This document shows positions 20,406 through 33,970 of a stretch of 40,972 bases of DNA, piece after piece; the first letter of the stretch is position 1; the number at the start of each line of letters is the position of its first letter. The position numbers were made by a program, and so were the translations under genes. Below the pieces are notes generated by a model that made no database searches, had not been told where the DNA came from, and saw nothing but the letters and a program-made list of their open reading frames with translations. Source of the DNA: Eledone cirrhosa (lineage: Eukaryota); assembly GCA_964016885.1 (NCBI GenBank), contig CAXHJY010000717.1, forward strand, positions 1-40,972, written 5' to 3'.

Positions 20406-20846
20406 AGACCTTTGGCGGTACTCAGTAACAGAGAAGACCCGCCTTACCTAAATATATAGTAAAACCTACTCCAGCCAGTAGGCATCTCTAACAAAATACA
20501 CCCCGTCCCACGACCCCCACCCCATCCACACCACCCCGTTCTATGTAAAGTTATGTTGGTGCCGCGCCATCGAGGCCGAAACAAATGAGATCGTGTAGGT
20601 GTCACGACAAAAAAACACACAGTCCACGCTGTAATGTGGCCGTGTAGGCAACACGGTAAAAACCTCCCAGACCCACACTGTAAATGTGGTTGGTGTTAGG
20701 AAGGGCATCCAACTGTAGAAAACCTGCCAGACAGTCCTATGCGAGCAAGACAATCACTCTTGCCTCAAGTGGGACTACCCCCGTCCAAACCCATGCAAGC
20801 GTGGAACACGGACGTTAAACGTTGATGATGATGATGATGATGATGA
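20406..20846 (+). mobile_element. Same RTE family, short 3' end in opposite orientation
   Basis: Reverse complement of 18248-18643 plus an extra 45 bp (20533-20577). (ATG)n tail. Confidence 0.9.
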
Positions 20847-20987
20847 CATATATATATATATATATACATATATATACACATATATATATATATATATACA
20901 CATATATACACATATATATATATATATATACACATATATATATACATATATATACATATATATAGACATATATATACATATATATAG

Positions 20988-21018
<31 letters not shown>

Positions 21019-21061
21019 TATATATATACATATATATAGACATATATATACATATATATAG

Positions 21062-21092
<31 letters not shown>

Positions 21093-21291
21093 TATATATA
21101 TACATATATACATATATACATATATATATATACATATACATATACATACATATACATATATATATACATATATATATACATATACATATATACATATATA
21201 TATACATATATATATACATATACATATATACATATATATATACATATACATATACATATATATATACATATACATATACATATATATATAC

Positions 21292-21324
<33 letters not shown>

Positions 21325-21428
21325 CATATATACATATACATATATATATACACATATACATATATATATATACATATACATATACATATATATACATATA
21401 TATATATATACATATACATATATATACA

Positions 21429-21461
<33 letters not shown>

Positions 21462-21520
21462 GTATGTATATATATATATATATATGTATGTATATATATA
21501 TATATGTATATATATATATG

Positions 21521-21819
<299 letters not shown>

Positions 21820-21820
21820 G

Positions 21821-21874
<54 letters not shown>

Positions 21875-21904
21875 TATGTATGTATATATATATATATATG
21901 TATG

Positions 21905-21937
<33 letters not shown>

Positions 21938-21950
21938 GTATATATATATG

Positions 21951-21981
<31 letters not shown>

Positions 21982-22006
21982 ATATATATATATATATATG
22001 TATGTA

Positions 22007-22080
<74 letters not shown>

Positions 22081-22209
22081 CATATACATATACACATATA
22101 TATACATATACATATATATACATATACATATACATATATATATACATATACATATACACATATACATATATACATATATACATATACACATATACATATA
22201 TACATATAC

Positions 22210-22240
<31 letters not shown>

Positions 22241-22256
22241 CATATACATATACATA

Positions 22257-22367
<111 letters not shown>

Positions 22368-22434
22368 GTATATATATATATATATATATATATATACGTA
22401 TTAAGATATATATACATATATATATATATACGTA

Positions 22435-22507
<73 letters not shown>

Positions 22508-22543
22508 GTATATATATATATATACGTATATATATATATATAC

Positions 22544-22627
<84 letters not shown>

Positions 22628-22663
22628 GTATATATATATATATACATATATATATACATATAT

Positions 22664-23829
22664 ATCATCATCATCATCATCATCATCATCAACGTTTAAC
22701 GTCCGTGTTCCACGCTTGCATGGGTTTGGACGGGGATAGTCCCACTTGAGGCAAGAGTGATTGTCTTGCTCGCATAGGACTGTCTGGCAGGTTTTCTACA
22801 GTTGGATGCCCTTCCTAACACCAACCACATTTACAGTGTGGGTCTGGGAGGTTTTTACCGTGTTGCCTACATGGCCACATTACAGCGTGGACTGCATGTT
22901 TTTTTGTCGTGACACCTACACGATCTCATTTGTTTCGGTGTGGATGGGGTGGGGGTGGTGGTGGTGGGACGGGGTGTATTTTGTTAGAGATGCCTACTGG
23001 CTGGAGGAGGTTTTACTATATATTTAGGTAAGACGGGTCTTCTCTGTTACTGAGTACCGCCAAAGGTCTTGGTCCAGTGACATTGTCTTGGAGAGGTGTA
23101 AGTGTGTGATGTCGGAGTTTATCAGCTCGTCCCAGGTTTTTCTAGGTCTGCCTATTCCGTGACTACCGTCTATCTTTATTGCCCTGCACTTTGTTATACA
23201 GCTATCGACTTTCATGCGCATCACGTGTCCATACCAACGTAGCCTTCTCTCGAGTAAACAACATCTGATCCCTCTTATCTCTAATTTTTTCCTTAGTTCG
23301 TTTATGCTTTGCCGTTCACGTATGTTACTGTTACACATCCAGCGGAGCATGCAAGCTTCGTTCCTCTCTAGTCTGCGTATATCCTCTGCACACAATGCCA
23401 GGTCTCACTGCCATGCAGCATTGCTGTTCGTATGCAGGCATCGTACAACCTGCCTTTCATTTTTAGTGAGAACCCTTTAGCAGCTAATAGTGGTATAAGC
23501 TCTCTGAACTTTTTCCAACCAGTTCTGACTCTAGTTACAGAACTTTCAGAGCACCCTCCCCCACTGCTGATTTTATCGCCCAGGTAACGGAAGCTGTCCA
23601 CTATTTCTATAGAACCCTCTGCGCAATTGAAAGAGCTAGTATTTTGTGGGCACTTGCTGCTACTTATTGCACCAGAGCACCGGCCACATGTAAAATCTAT
23701 GTTCTTAGTTAGCTTACCTGTGATCCCACTACATCTTTTATGCACCCATACTTTGCATTTAGGACATAAAATGGAGTTTCTACCTACGCCTTTCCTACAC
23801 ACCGAGCACGACCATTTCCCAGAAGGGAT
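22664..23829 (-). mobile_element. Duplicate of the 18248-19405 RTE fragment with a 1-bp frameshift near 23398
   Basis: Same truncation point (GAAGGGAT|ATACG). ATGCCCAGG becomes ATGCCAGG, which splits the ORF. Confidence 0.92.
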
Positions 23830-23836
23830 ATACGTA

Positions 23837-23888
<52 letters not shown>

Positions 23889-24067
23889 TACATACATATA
23901 TATATACACATATATATATACATATATATATATATACATACATATACATATATATATATATACATACATATACATATATATATATACGTATATATATATA
24001 TACATATATATATACATATATATATATATACATATACATATATATATATATACATATAAATATATAC

Positions 24068-24098
<31 letters not shown>

Positions 24099-24885
24099 TA
24101 TATACATACATATATACATACATATACATATATATACATATACATATACATAAATATATACATATATATACATATATATACACATATATATACACATATA
24201 TATACACATATATATACACATATATATATATATACATATATATATACATATATACATACATATATACACATATATATACACATACATATATATATACATA
24301 TATACACATATATATACACATATATATACATATATATATATACATATATACATATATATATACACATATATATACATATATATATATATATACATATATA
24401 TATACATATATATACACATATATATACATATATATATATATATACATATATATATACATATATACATATATATACACATATATATACATATATATACACA
24501 TATATATACATATATATATATATATACACATATATATACATATATACATATATATACATATATATATATATATATACATATATATACATATATATATATA
24601 TACATATATATACACATATATATATATACATATATATACACATATATATATATACATATACACATATATATATATACATATACACATATATATATATACA
24701 TGTATATACACATATATATATATACATATATATACACATATATATATATACATATATATACACATATATATATATACATATATATATACACATATATATA
24801 TATACATATATATACACATATATATATATATACATATATATACACATATATATATATATACATATATATACACATATATATATAC

Positions 24886-24924
<39 letters not shown>

Positions 24925-24945
24925 CACATATATATATATATATAT

Positions 24946-24981
<36 letters not shown>

Positions 24982-24982
<1 letters not shown>

Positions 24983-25428
24983 GACCTTTGGCGGTACTCA
25001 GTAACAGAGAAGACCCGCCTTACCTAAATATATAGTAAAACCTACTCCAGCCAGTAGGCATCTCTAACAAAATACACCCCGTCCCACCACCCCCACCCCC
25101 ACCCCATCCACACCACCCCGTTCTATGTAAAGTTATGTTGGTGCCGCGCCATCGAGGCCGAAACAAATGAGATCGTGTAGGTGTCACGACAAAAAAACAC
25201 ACAGTCCACGCTGTAATGTGGCCGTGTAGGCAACACGGTAAAAACCTCCCAGACCCACACTGTAAATGTGGTTGGTGTTAGGAAGGGCATCCAACTGTAG
25301 AAAACCTGCCAGACAGTCCTATGCGAGCAAGACAATCACTCTTGCCTCAAGTGGGACTACCCCCGTCCAAACCCATGCAAGCGTGGAACACGGACGTTAA
25401 ACGTTGATGATGATGATGATGATGATGA
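24982..25428 (+). mobile_element. Duplicate of the 20406-20846 RTE 3' end
   Basis: Same start (GAGACCTTTGG) and the same extra 45-bp segment. Confidence 0.9.
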
Positions 25429-25523
25429 CATATATATATATATATATACATATATATACACATATATATATATATATACACATATATATATACATATATA
25501 TACATATATATAGACATATATAC

Positions 25524-25556
<33 letters not shown>

Positions 25557-25655
25557 CATATATATACATATATACATATATATATATATACATATATATA
25601 CATATACATATATATATATACATATACATATATATATATACATATATATATATAC

Positions 25656-25686
<31 letters not shown>

Positions 25687-25734
25687 CATATACATATATA
25701 TATATACATATACATATATATATATATATGTATG

Positions 25735-25839
<105 letters not shown>

Positions 25840-25848
25840 GTATATATG

Positions 25849-26073
<225 letters not shown>

Positions 26074-26112
26074 GTATATATATATATGTATATATATATA
26101 TGTATATATATG

Positions 26113-26269
<157 letters not shown>

Positions 26270-26284
26270 GTATATATATATATG

Positions 26285-26363
<79 letters not shown>

Positions 26364-26370
26364 GTATATG

Positions 26371-26659
<289 letters not shown>

Positions 26660-26660
26660 G

Positions 26661-26744
<84 letters not shown>

Positions 26745-26775
26745 TGTATGTATATATATATATATATATATGTAT

Positions 26776-26898
<123 letters not shown>

Positions 26899-26944
26899 TA
26901 TATGTATATACATATATGTATATATATATATATATATATATACA

Positions 26945-27024
<80 letters not shown>

Positions 27025-27074
27025 TGTATATATATATATATATATATATACATATATGTATATATATATATACA

Positions 27075-27122
<48 letters not shown>

Positions 27123-27154
27123 TGTATATATATATATATATATACATACATACA

Positions 27155-27192
<38 letters not shown>

Positions 27193-27244
27193 TGTATATA
27201 TATATATATATATATATACATATATGTATATATATATATATACA

Positions 27245-27293
<49 letters not shown>

Positions 27294-27294
<1 letters not shown>

Positions 27295-28990
27295 CGGAAC
27301 GTCGCCTGGCGGACCGATTCACGGAGCACCTCCGGGATATTCGTCTCGCCTCCGGGATATTCGTCTCGGTGGTAGTTCCCCCATGGCCTGCCACTTTGGT
27401 GCCCCTGGACATTCCGCACACTATCTCAGTCTGTAGCCTACTCCAATGCCACGGAACACCCGCCAATCTCCTCAGAGTCGAACAAAGAACCATCTTCATC
27501 TTAAATACCCACACCCCCCCCCCCCCGGCCCGAACTCCCCACCCTTATTCCTTTAGCTTTCGACCGCCCCCTCCCCCCCACACATCCCCCACTAACACAC
27601 CCCTCCTTTTCACCGCCCACCCCACAACTAACAATACTAACACCTCACTCCACCCCTCATCCGACCACCCTTCCCCAACTAACATACTAACATCCCTCCC
27701 TTCTCGCCCCTTCCTTATCACACGCACACAACCCACCGGCACATATATACACGCGCTCACACTAAACACACACCCTACTACCACCACTAACCCTCACCCC
27801 CACAGCTCCATCCCACAACCCGCAACTAACATCACTAACACCCCCTGACCCCACACATACGTACCCACACACCCTCGTACACCACCAACTCTACACACCC
27901 TACCACCACTCACACCTGCATTCAACCCTTTCCCAACCTCCAGTATACTAACATCCACTAACACCCCCTTCATCAAACTACACACAAACCAGTACACCAC
28001 ACTCCCTCCATCGATCCCCACACCCTTCTCTCCCCGCTCCACCCACACCCTTTCTCCACACCCACTAACACCTCTACTAATACACACACACACCCTCTTC
28101 ACTCCAACTTTCACACCTCCCCATCCTCGCCCCTTTACCATTCCACCCGACTCCTGCTATGCCCTCTGACCACCTCCCAGCACAAACAGACACACAGCAC
28201 TCCCACCGCCTTGACCACTTCCTGTTGCGCGCGCACCCCACATCTCTCCTCTTCCGACCATCTCTTCATGGAATACTCGTATGTGGAACTTGACCACCAT
28301 GGAATCTACTAACATCATAGGAGTTTACCAACATTTCAACCACATCCTCTTACGGAATCACCAATATAACTCACCCACACACCCCAAAAAATTTTTTCTC
28401 CCACACGCCACCTACAACACGCTTAAACCCCACACACGTGCTTTCCACCACATATTTACACCTTCAGCTCCGGATTCCTCTCCCCCCACCCCTCTATCCA
28501 CACACGCACAGACACTCCGACCTCCACCCCACCCCACCTCTTCCTGAACATGCAACCCCGTTCTTACCTAACCCTTGCTTTCACATACACACACACACAC
28601 GTACACCTACACACCACCTTCAGCCCTCCCCGCTCGGACACCCCGTCTCCCTCTCCTCACTCCACCCGCCACCACCCCTACACCCTGTTTTACCCCTTTT
28701 TAATTTCAGTTTATTTTGATCATGCTTTTATATTTATTTCATTTCATTTTATTTTGATCATGCTTTATTTTTAATTTCATTTGCACCGTTTCCTCCCACC
28801 CCCTTTTCGCTATATGTCTCTCCACCACTCCCCTACACACCCTTTGAACTCTCTTCCCACACACTTCTCACCTGAGGAAGGGCTTATGCCCGAAACGTCG
28901 TTCCCCACCACCACCCCACTCTCCAGAGCGTGAAATTAATAAACATTCGTTGTACTGCCTCTGTTTTGTTGCTGTTCAAATTTTCCATTA
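27294..28990 (+). mobile_element. Penelope-like element 3' part: decayed GIY-YIG endonuclease C-terminal half, C-rich tail, HHR-like core, AATAAA
   Basis: [18 protein letters not shown] / [16 protein letters not shown] / SVCSLL...[13 protein letters not shown] matches the PLE GIY-YIG pattern. A 20-bp tandem duplication (27329-27368) shifts the frame. CTGAGGAAGGGCTTATGCCCGAAACGTC at 28872 and AATAAA at ~28938. Confidence 0.8.
28870..28901 (+). ncRNA. Minimal PLE-type hammerhead core with a weak stem I
   Basis: CTGAGGA-A-GGGC TTAT GCCC-GAAA-CGTC. Only about 2 bp of stem I is visible. Confidence 0.55.
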
Positions 28991-29038
28991 TATATATACG
29001 ATATTAATAAATGGAAACTATATTTATAAAACCATATT

Positions 29039-29103
29039 TATTTCATTATACATATTTCAAGGATACCATATTAAATTATGGTATGCCTTCATCAGACAAA
29101 ATA
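29039..29103 (-). ncRNA. Type I hammerhead, family A, intact core (within copy 28997-29123)
   Basis: Minus strand: TATTTTGT-CTGATGA-AGGCATACCATA ATTTAA TATGGTATCCTT-GAAA-TATGTA-TA|ATGAAATA. Confidence 0.75.
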
Positions 29104-29207
29104 CAATATATAACAGTTTTACAAATATATATATAATCAATCATCATCATTTTTACATCCACTTTTCTATGTTTGCATGGGTTGTTTATATATTTATACA
29201 ATAACAT

Positions 29208-29471
29208 CAGTCAAAAATGACTAAGGGTTTTGCCAGGCAAGGCGTTTTTGTAGAAGACTAGCAGTCTGGTCTCCCCATTCCATGCCACCGATGATGTCCA
29301 AGGGAAAGACAAAGGCCGATACAGCTCGGCACCAGTGACGTTGCAACCCATTTCTTCAGCTGAGTGAACAGGAGCAACGTCAAATAAAGTGCCTTGCTCA
29401 AAGACACAACGCACTGTCCAATCTTGGAATCGAACTCATAACCTCATGATTGTGAATCCAACGCTCTAACC
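29208..29471 (-). mobile_element. tRNA-derived SINE, diverged
   Basis: Minus strand begins GGTTAGAGCGTTGGATTCACAATC...GAGTTCGATTCC (A/B-box-like head), then GTTGTGTCTTTGAGCAAGGCACTT (CORE-like). A small RTE-tail remnant lies nearby at ~29137-29188. Confidence 0.75.
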
Positions 29472-29479
29472 CAATCGAG

Positions 29480-29818
29480 ATTATATATGAAATGAACATT
29501 AAGACAGAAGCTACATAATCCTATTTATGCGTATTTCTGTGTCGCTAGCATGATGCTGTTATGCAATCGTTACAACAGCAACCGGCTCGGGTGTGATGTC
29601 ATCAGATGTCAACACTATGTTCTCCGGACTTTCGGGAACATGGAGCGTTAGCCAACAACATTAATCCACTCAAATAATTGTGTTAACATCTGATGGCGTC
29701 ACACCGGTGCTAGTTGCAGTTGGAACGATTGCATAACAACTCCATACTGATGTCACAGAAATTCGTATAATAAATAGGATTAGGTAACTTCTGTCTTAAT
29801 GTTTATTTCATACATAAT
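29480..29818. mobile_element. Fold-back / MITE-like element with ~135-bp imperfect inverted arms
   Basis: 29480-29615 pairs with 29679-29818 (e.g. CATTAAGACAGAAG / CTTCTGTCTTAATG and GTTATGCAATCGTT / AACGATTGCATAAC). Confidence 0.75.
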
Positions 29819-30013
29819 AACTCCATTACGTTTGATCGCCACTTTTAAGCTGGATAGATACAACTAACGTGGAGTACTCTTCCCTACTTGCACCTGTTTA
29901 TCAACGAGACGTCATAACGCAACTCTTATGGATAAACAACACAGTAACTAACAACTATAACTATATATATACCCACACACAGATCGATATACAATAATTT
30001 CGACCTTGCTATA

Positions 30014-30103
<90 letters not shown>

Positions 30104-30141
30104 ACGAGAATAAACGTGCTGCGTGGTTGCTAATGGGTTAC

Positions 30142-30210
30142 ATATGAATAAAGTTAGTCCATCAGTGATCTTCCAGAAGATCACTGATGAAGGACTAACT
30201 TTATTCATAT
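30142..30210. repeat. Palindrome containing a truncated hammerhead 5' core
   Basis: Arms 30142-30173 and 30176-30210. CTGATGAAGGACT at 30184 runs into (TA)n before any GAAA. Confidence 0.7.
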
Positions 30211-30315
30211 ATATATATATATATATAGGTACGTTATTCCGGGTTGAATCGGAGGTAACCACAGTAAGTAAGGTACTCAATACATTGCAGAGTATAAAAG
30301 TTTTAATATAGATGA

Positions 30316-30364
30316 GATTCTACAGGACTAGAACTGTTTCATTCTTTAGAAATCATCAGGAATC
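30316..30364 (-). ncRNA. Type I hammerhead, family E
   Basis: GATTC-CTGATGA-TTTCTAAAGAAT-GAAA-CAG TTCTAGTC CTG-TA|GAATC. Stems I and III close, but stem II is weak. Confidence 0.7.
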
Positions 30365-30367
30365 AAT

Positions 30368-30416
30368 GATTCCTGATGATTTCTAAAGAATGAAATAGTT
30401 CTAGTCCTGTAGAATC
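30368..30416 (+). ncRNA. Type I hammerhead, family E mirror copy
   Basis: As above, with a C>T change giving U-G in stem III. Predicted cleavage after 30411. Confidence 0.65.
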
Positions 30417-30438
30417 TCATCTATATTAAAACTATATA

Positions 30439-30557
30439 TATAAATATAGTTTCCATTTATTTAATATCGTAAATATACTCCAAATACTTGTTGAGTGCTT
30501 TTATATCAGTTATAAATATTTACTCGTTGTAACCCAACAATTTAAATAAAACTTTGC

Positions 30558-30559
<2 letters not shown>
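30439..30559 (+). mobile_element. Family A fragment (region downstream of the HHR)
   Basis: Reverse complement of ~677-798 with a few substitutions. Confidence 0.85.
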
Positions 30560-30605
<46 letters not shown>

Positions 30606-30811
30606 TGAGGAGGGAAGGGGGCTAAAGCGAAGATGCAACATGTAAATTTGTCACACCACAATTATCTTCCCTGCTACCGAGAGAGCGTCAATGTGGTCAC
30701 TCAACATGCTAGGAACAACACCTAAAATCTCCATTTCGCACCATGCTAAAAAAAATAAAAAAAAAATGAAGATAATGGATAGTAGCGTATTCTTAGATAC
30801 ACTGTTTACGC

Positions 30812-31030
30812 TTACTGTTTGTTCATGTCCCATAATGTAGCGGCTCGGCAGATAGAGATCGATAAACTAAGTAGCAGGCTTGAAAACAAGGAGAGTGCAT
30901 CTCATCCCCAGTTACAGGTATTTTATTTTATCAACCTCGAGAGAATGAAAGGCAAAGTTAACCTCGGCAGGATTTGAAACGTGAACGTAAAGAGCCCGAA
31001 CAACTGTTGTCAAGCATTTGTCCCACGCAT
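30812..31030. mobile_element. Two decayed SINE fragments in opposite orientations
   Basis: ~30812-30885 (+) and ~30915-31030 (-; GTTTCAAATCCTGCCGAGGTTAACTTTGCCTTTCATTC is B-box-like followed by a SINE body). Resembles octopus SINEs from memory; not searched. Confidence 0.5.
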
Positions 31031-31249
31031 GTTATATAGCGAAAAACAAACACCACCAACAGCAATAAGTGGTTAAAAAGGAAAGGGGTACATCTCTCCC
31101 CAGCCACGGTAGCTGTAGTTATTTTCCTTTAGTGTGACATTCTGTACTCCCATTTCTATATTATTTTTTAGACTTTACACAGTTTCTGTTATAATACAAG
31201 TGGTGTGTATATAAAAACCATTAATCTGGATACCTAAATATAGAATGTT

Positions 31250-31389
31250 ACGCGATGCCCCGGCGGACAGGATGGAGAAGGCGTTCCCGCGGAGAACGGC
31301 AAGGGAAAAGCCACTCCAACTCGCGGGGTGGTGAGTAGGGAGGTAGCCCTGGGGCCGAGGACACCAGAAGTCTCCACTGCCAGGGGTTC
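31250..31389 (-). pseudogene. Decayed C-terminus of a CRE-like (RLE-type) non-LTR retrotransposon
   Basis: Across frames: EPLAVETSGVLGPRA ... ELEWLF ... SLAVLRGNAFSIL. This resembles the PLAVETxGxxG...QRxSxAxQRGNA terminus, with internal deletions. Confidence 0.65.
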
Positions 31390-33059
31390 CTGTGTTGTTG
31401 ACAGTAGGACTTGAATTACACGTTGAGCTCACGTGTTGAGTAGAGAAGGGTGGATCTGACTGACGTACAGGCAGCCGTCGCTACTGCTATAGTAATGATG
31501 GTGGTGTAGGAGCCGAAGGAGGGGAGGTGTGGGACAGCATCATTGACTAAACAAAAAACAAAGTAAAAAAAAACAAAAAAAACTATCTCCTTCCTTGCCT
31601 GACCTACAGTTTAAACCAAACCCTCCCCCCAGAATGTTAGTGAGCTAGCGTCATTGACAACCTCCACCTATCAAGCATACTCTGGACTGAACTACAGTTC
31701 ACTGCCACCTGTTAGAAATTCCAGACACAAAAATCACGCCACTAATTCTTAGAATAACAAGAAAACAAAGTTCGCTCGTTCACGAAATCCACTTTGGGAA
31801 ACATTAGGCTAAAATAAGACTGATATATATATTGTAAATAATTAGCTTATTAAATAAATAAATCTAATTCATTTATACATATAACCTAAGGAGTTTGAAG
31901 GCTGGTACTTCCTGAAAAGAGATATGGTGATATCTTTCTCGTCACAATTCGTTTTAAGATGAGATATTTCTAGTATTATCCGTATGTGAAAATAACAATA
32001 GTCTCGGGATCGGCACTGAGTTTAAATTAAATGAAAAGAGGAAAATGAACGGTGCCTGATTTATTATGGAAAACAATTATTATCGAGGAAAATGAAGTAT
32101 GAAACCAAAAATGATTAAATAGCGTGGTTTAATATCAAAGAAAATTAGTAAAAATTACACTAACAAGTTTCAGTCTGTCATTTTTAAATTTGCACGAAAT
32201 GTATTGTGGACAGATTGTTGTGAAATGTAAAGTTTTAATTATTGTTGATAATTGTGTGTGCCTGTAGTCTCATTACTCAAACAAAAAGCGTGTTTGTGTA
32301 TATAATAAACCTGTTTTCTATATACACAAACACACCCTCTTTACTGCTTCCACCTTTCGTCAGGTTCGATAACAAAATTAAAAAAAGAAAGAAAGCAAGA
32401 ACATAGAGCGAAGATGACAAGGGAGGCGATCTTGTCAGGAACGACAAACAAAACTTTCGTCGCTAGTGTAGGATTTTTTTTTTTTTTTTTTTTTCGTTAT
32501 TAGCAAATGGAATAATCTAGATCAATGTTTCTCAAACAGGAGGCGCTTGGCTTCCAGGAGAGAAATTTTAGCCAAGGAAATAATTGAGAATGTTAGAGAA
32601 AGAATAGTATACATATATATATATCAAATGAAATACTCAACTATAGTATACGTTGTATATAATGAAATAATATATCCAAAAGTATAGGGGAGATAGCGAT
32701 TTAAACAGACCACAAAAAACTGCTGCCTCAGACTTCGTTTACGACCATATTTATTTAGCCAACATCACCAATGGTCAGAAGCTAAATAGTTTACACCCTC
32801 CTTATAAGGTGAAAACCGTGTAAATAAACGAGGTTAAATAAGTCAAGCTAATGTCAACTATTAAATCACCTCAATAATATTATACTAAAACCACGGAGTT
32901 TTTTGGGGGAAGGGGGGGGACCTATGCACACGACTTTTGCAAACCCTAAGCCGTTGATCTTCAGTTTAAATTGTTACGGAAGCTGATAGTGATAATGATC
33001 ATGGCGTGCATTTTGTACATACCTTTTATTGCAGTATCGACAGTGTGTGTGTGTGAGTT

Positions 33060-33104
<45 letters not shown>

Positions 33105-33107
<3 letters not shown>

Positions 33108-33208
33108 AAAATAGTTAGGACCCCGACGGCTGAGCTCCGGCCGTTTCGAGTTCAGACCTAGTTGTCGAAAAGGCCGGAACTCAGACGCCACGATCCTGAC
33201 TTTTTCCT
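33105..33208. other. GC-rich imperfect hairpin between TA tracts
   Basis: AGGAAAATAGTTAGGA / TCCTGACTTTTTCCT, CTGAGCTCCGGCC / GGCCGGAACTCAG and TTTCGA / TCGAAA. Confidence 0.7.
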
Positions 33209-33512
33209 TATTACCCACTCTACTACGGTAAGTATCGAGTACTCTGGTGCGTTATGGTCCACCTGGTTCCTTACCACACTTTCTTCGTTATATATATATA
33301 TACACATTCACACACACACACTATATATATATATATATATATATTTCATTTATTATGGCTAAGAAGTGGACTCACTGCTTAGCCATAATAGATAAACTAG
33401 ATATAGAGTACTTTTCCCCAAGTCCGTCAACACGAATGGATGGATATAAAAACTGAATGGGCATTTAGTACACACGAGCAGAGTATAATATCTATTTCCA
33501 TAATTAAAATAG

Positions 33513-33559
33513 TGGAAGTGACTTCGAAGTTTCGGAGTTGTTCTCTCTTCAGACTGCCA
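33513..33559 (-). ncRNA. Type I hammerhead (family F)
   Basis: TGGCAGT-CTGAAGA-GAG AACAA CTCC-GAAA-CTTCGAAG-TC|ACTTCCA. Stem I 6 of 7 bp, palindromic stem III, GUC triplet. Confidence 0.75.
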
Positions 33560-33928
33560 TATTTTTCTTCGGATATCTATATGACAAATTCGAGAATTCT
33601 ATAGCACGAGATATATCGACAACCTGTTTTCAAATTATTTAGCACACAGAACGAAATAGAAACTAAACAGCATACCGAACCATATATTTCACCATTACAC
33701 CATGTTCACACATATTTATGTTTATATATCACATTTCACCTTATGACACACACTTCATATTTTACGTTGACAATAAAAATATCAATTAATCCTATAAACG
33801 CATCCATCATATATACATACATACACAATACTAGTGTGTAGGTATAACATTATGCAGAACAAATATACATAATTTACGTATTACACATATATGCACACAT
33901 TCATGCAAATCACTGTAATCTATCTCTC

Positions 33929-33970
<42 letters not shown>

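Larger units (their letters stand above)
30299..30433. repeat. 67-bp-arm palindrome with a hammerhead on each strand (family E)
   Basis: Arms 30299-30365 and 30367-30433, one mismatch. Confidence 0.9.

Noticed and set aside
27545-28774. ORFs in the C-rich tract
   Set aside because: They are compositional (P/H/T- or V/G-rich) with no domain signal.
32290-32334. Small inverted repeat GTGTTTGTGTATATA / TATATACACAAACAC
   Set aside because: It is low-complexity and expected by chance among TG/CA/TA repeats.
32518-32545. TAGATCAATGTTTCTCAAAC resembling a hAT terminus
   Set aside because: No matching opposite end or TSD was found.
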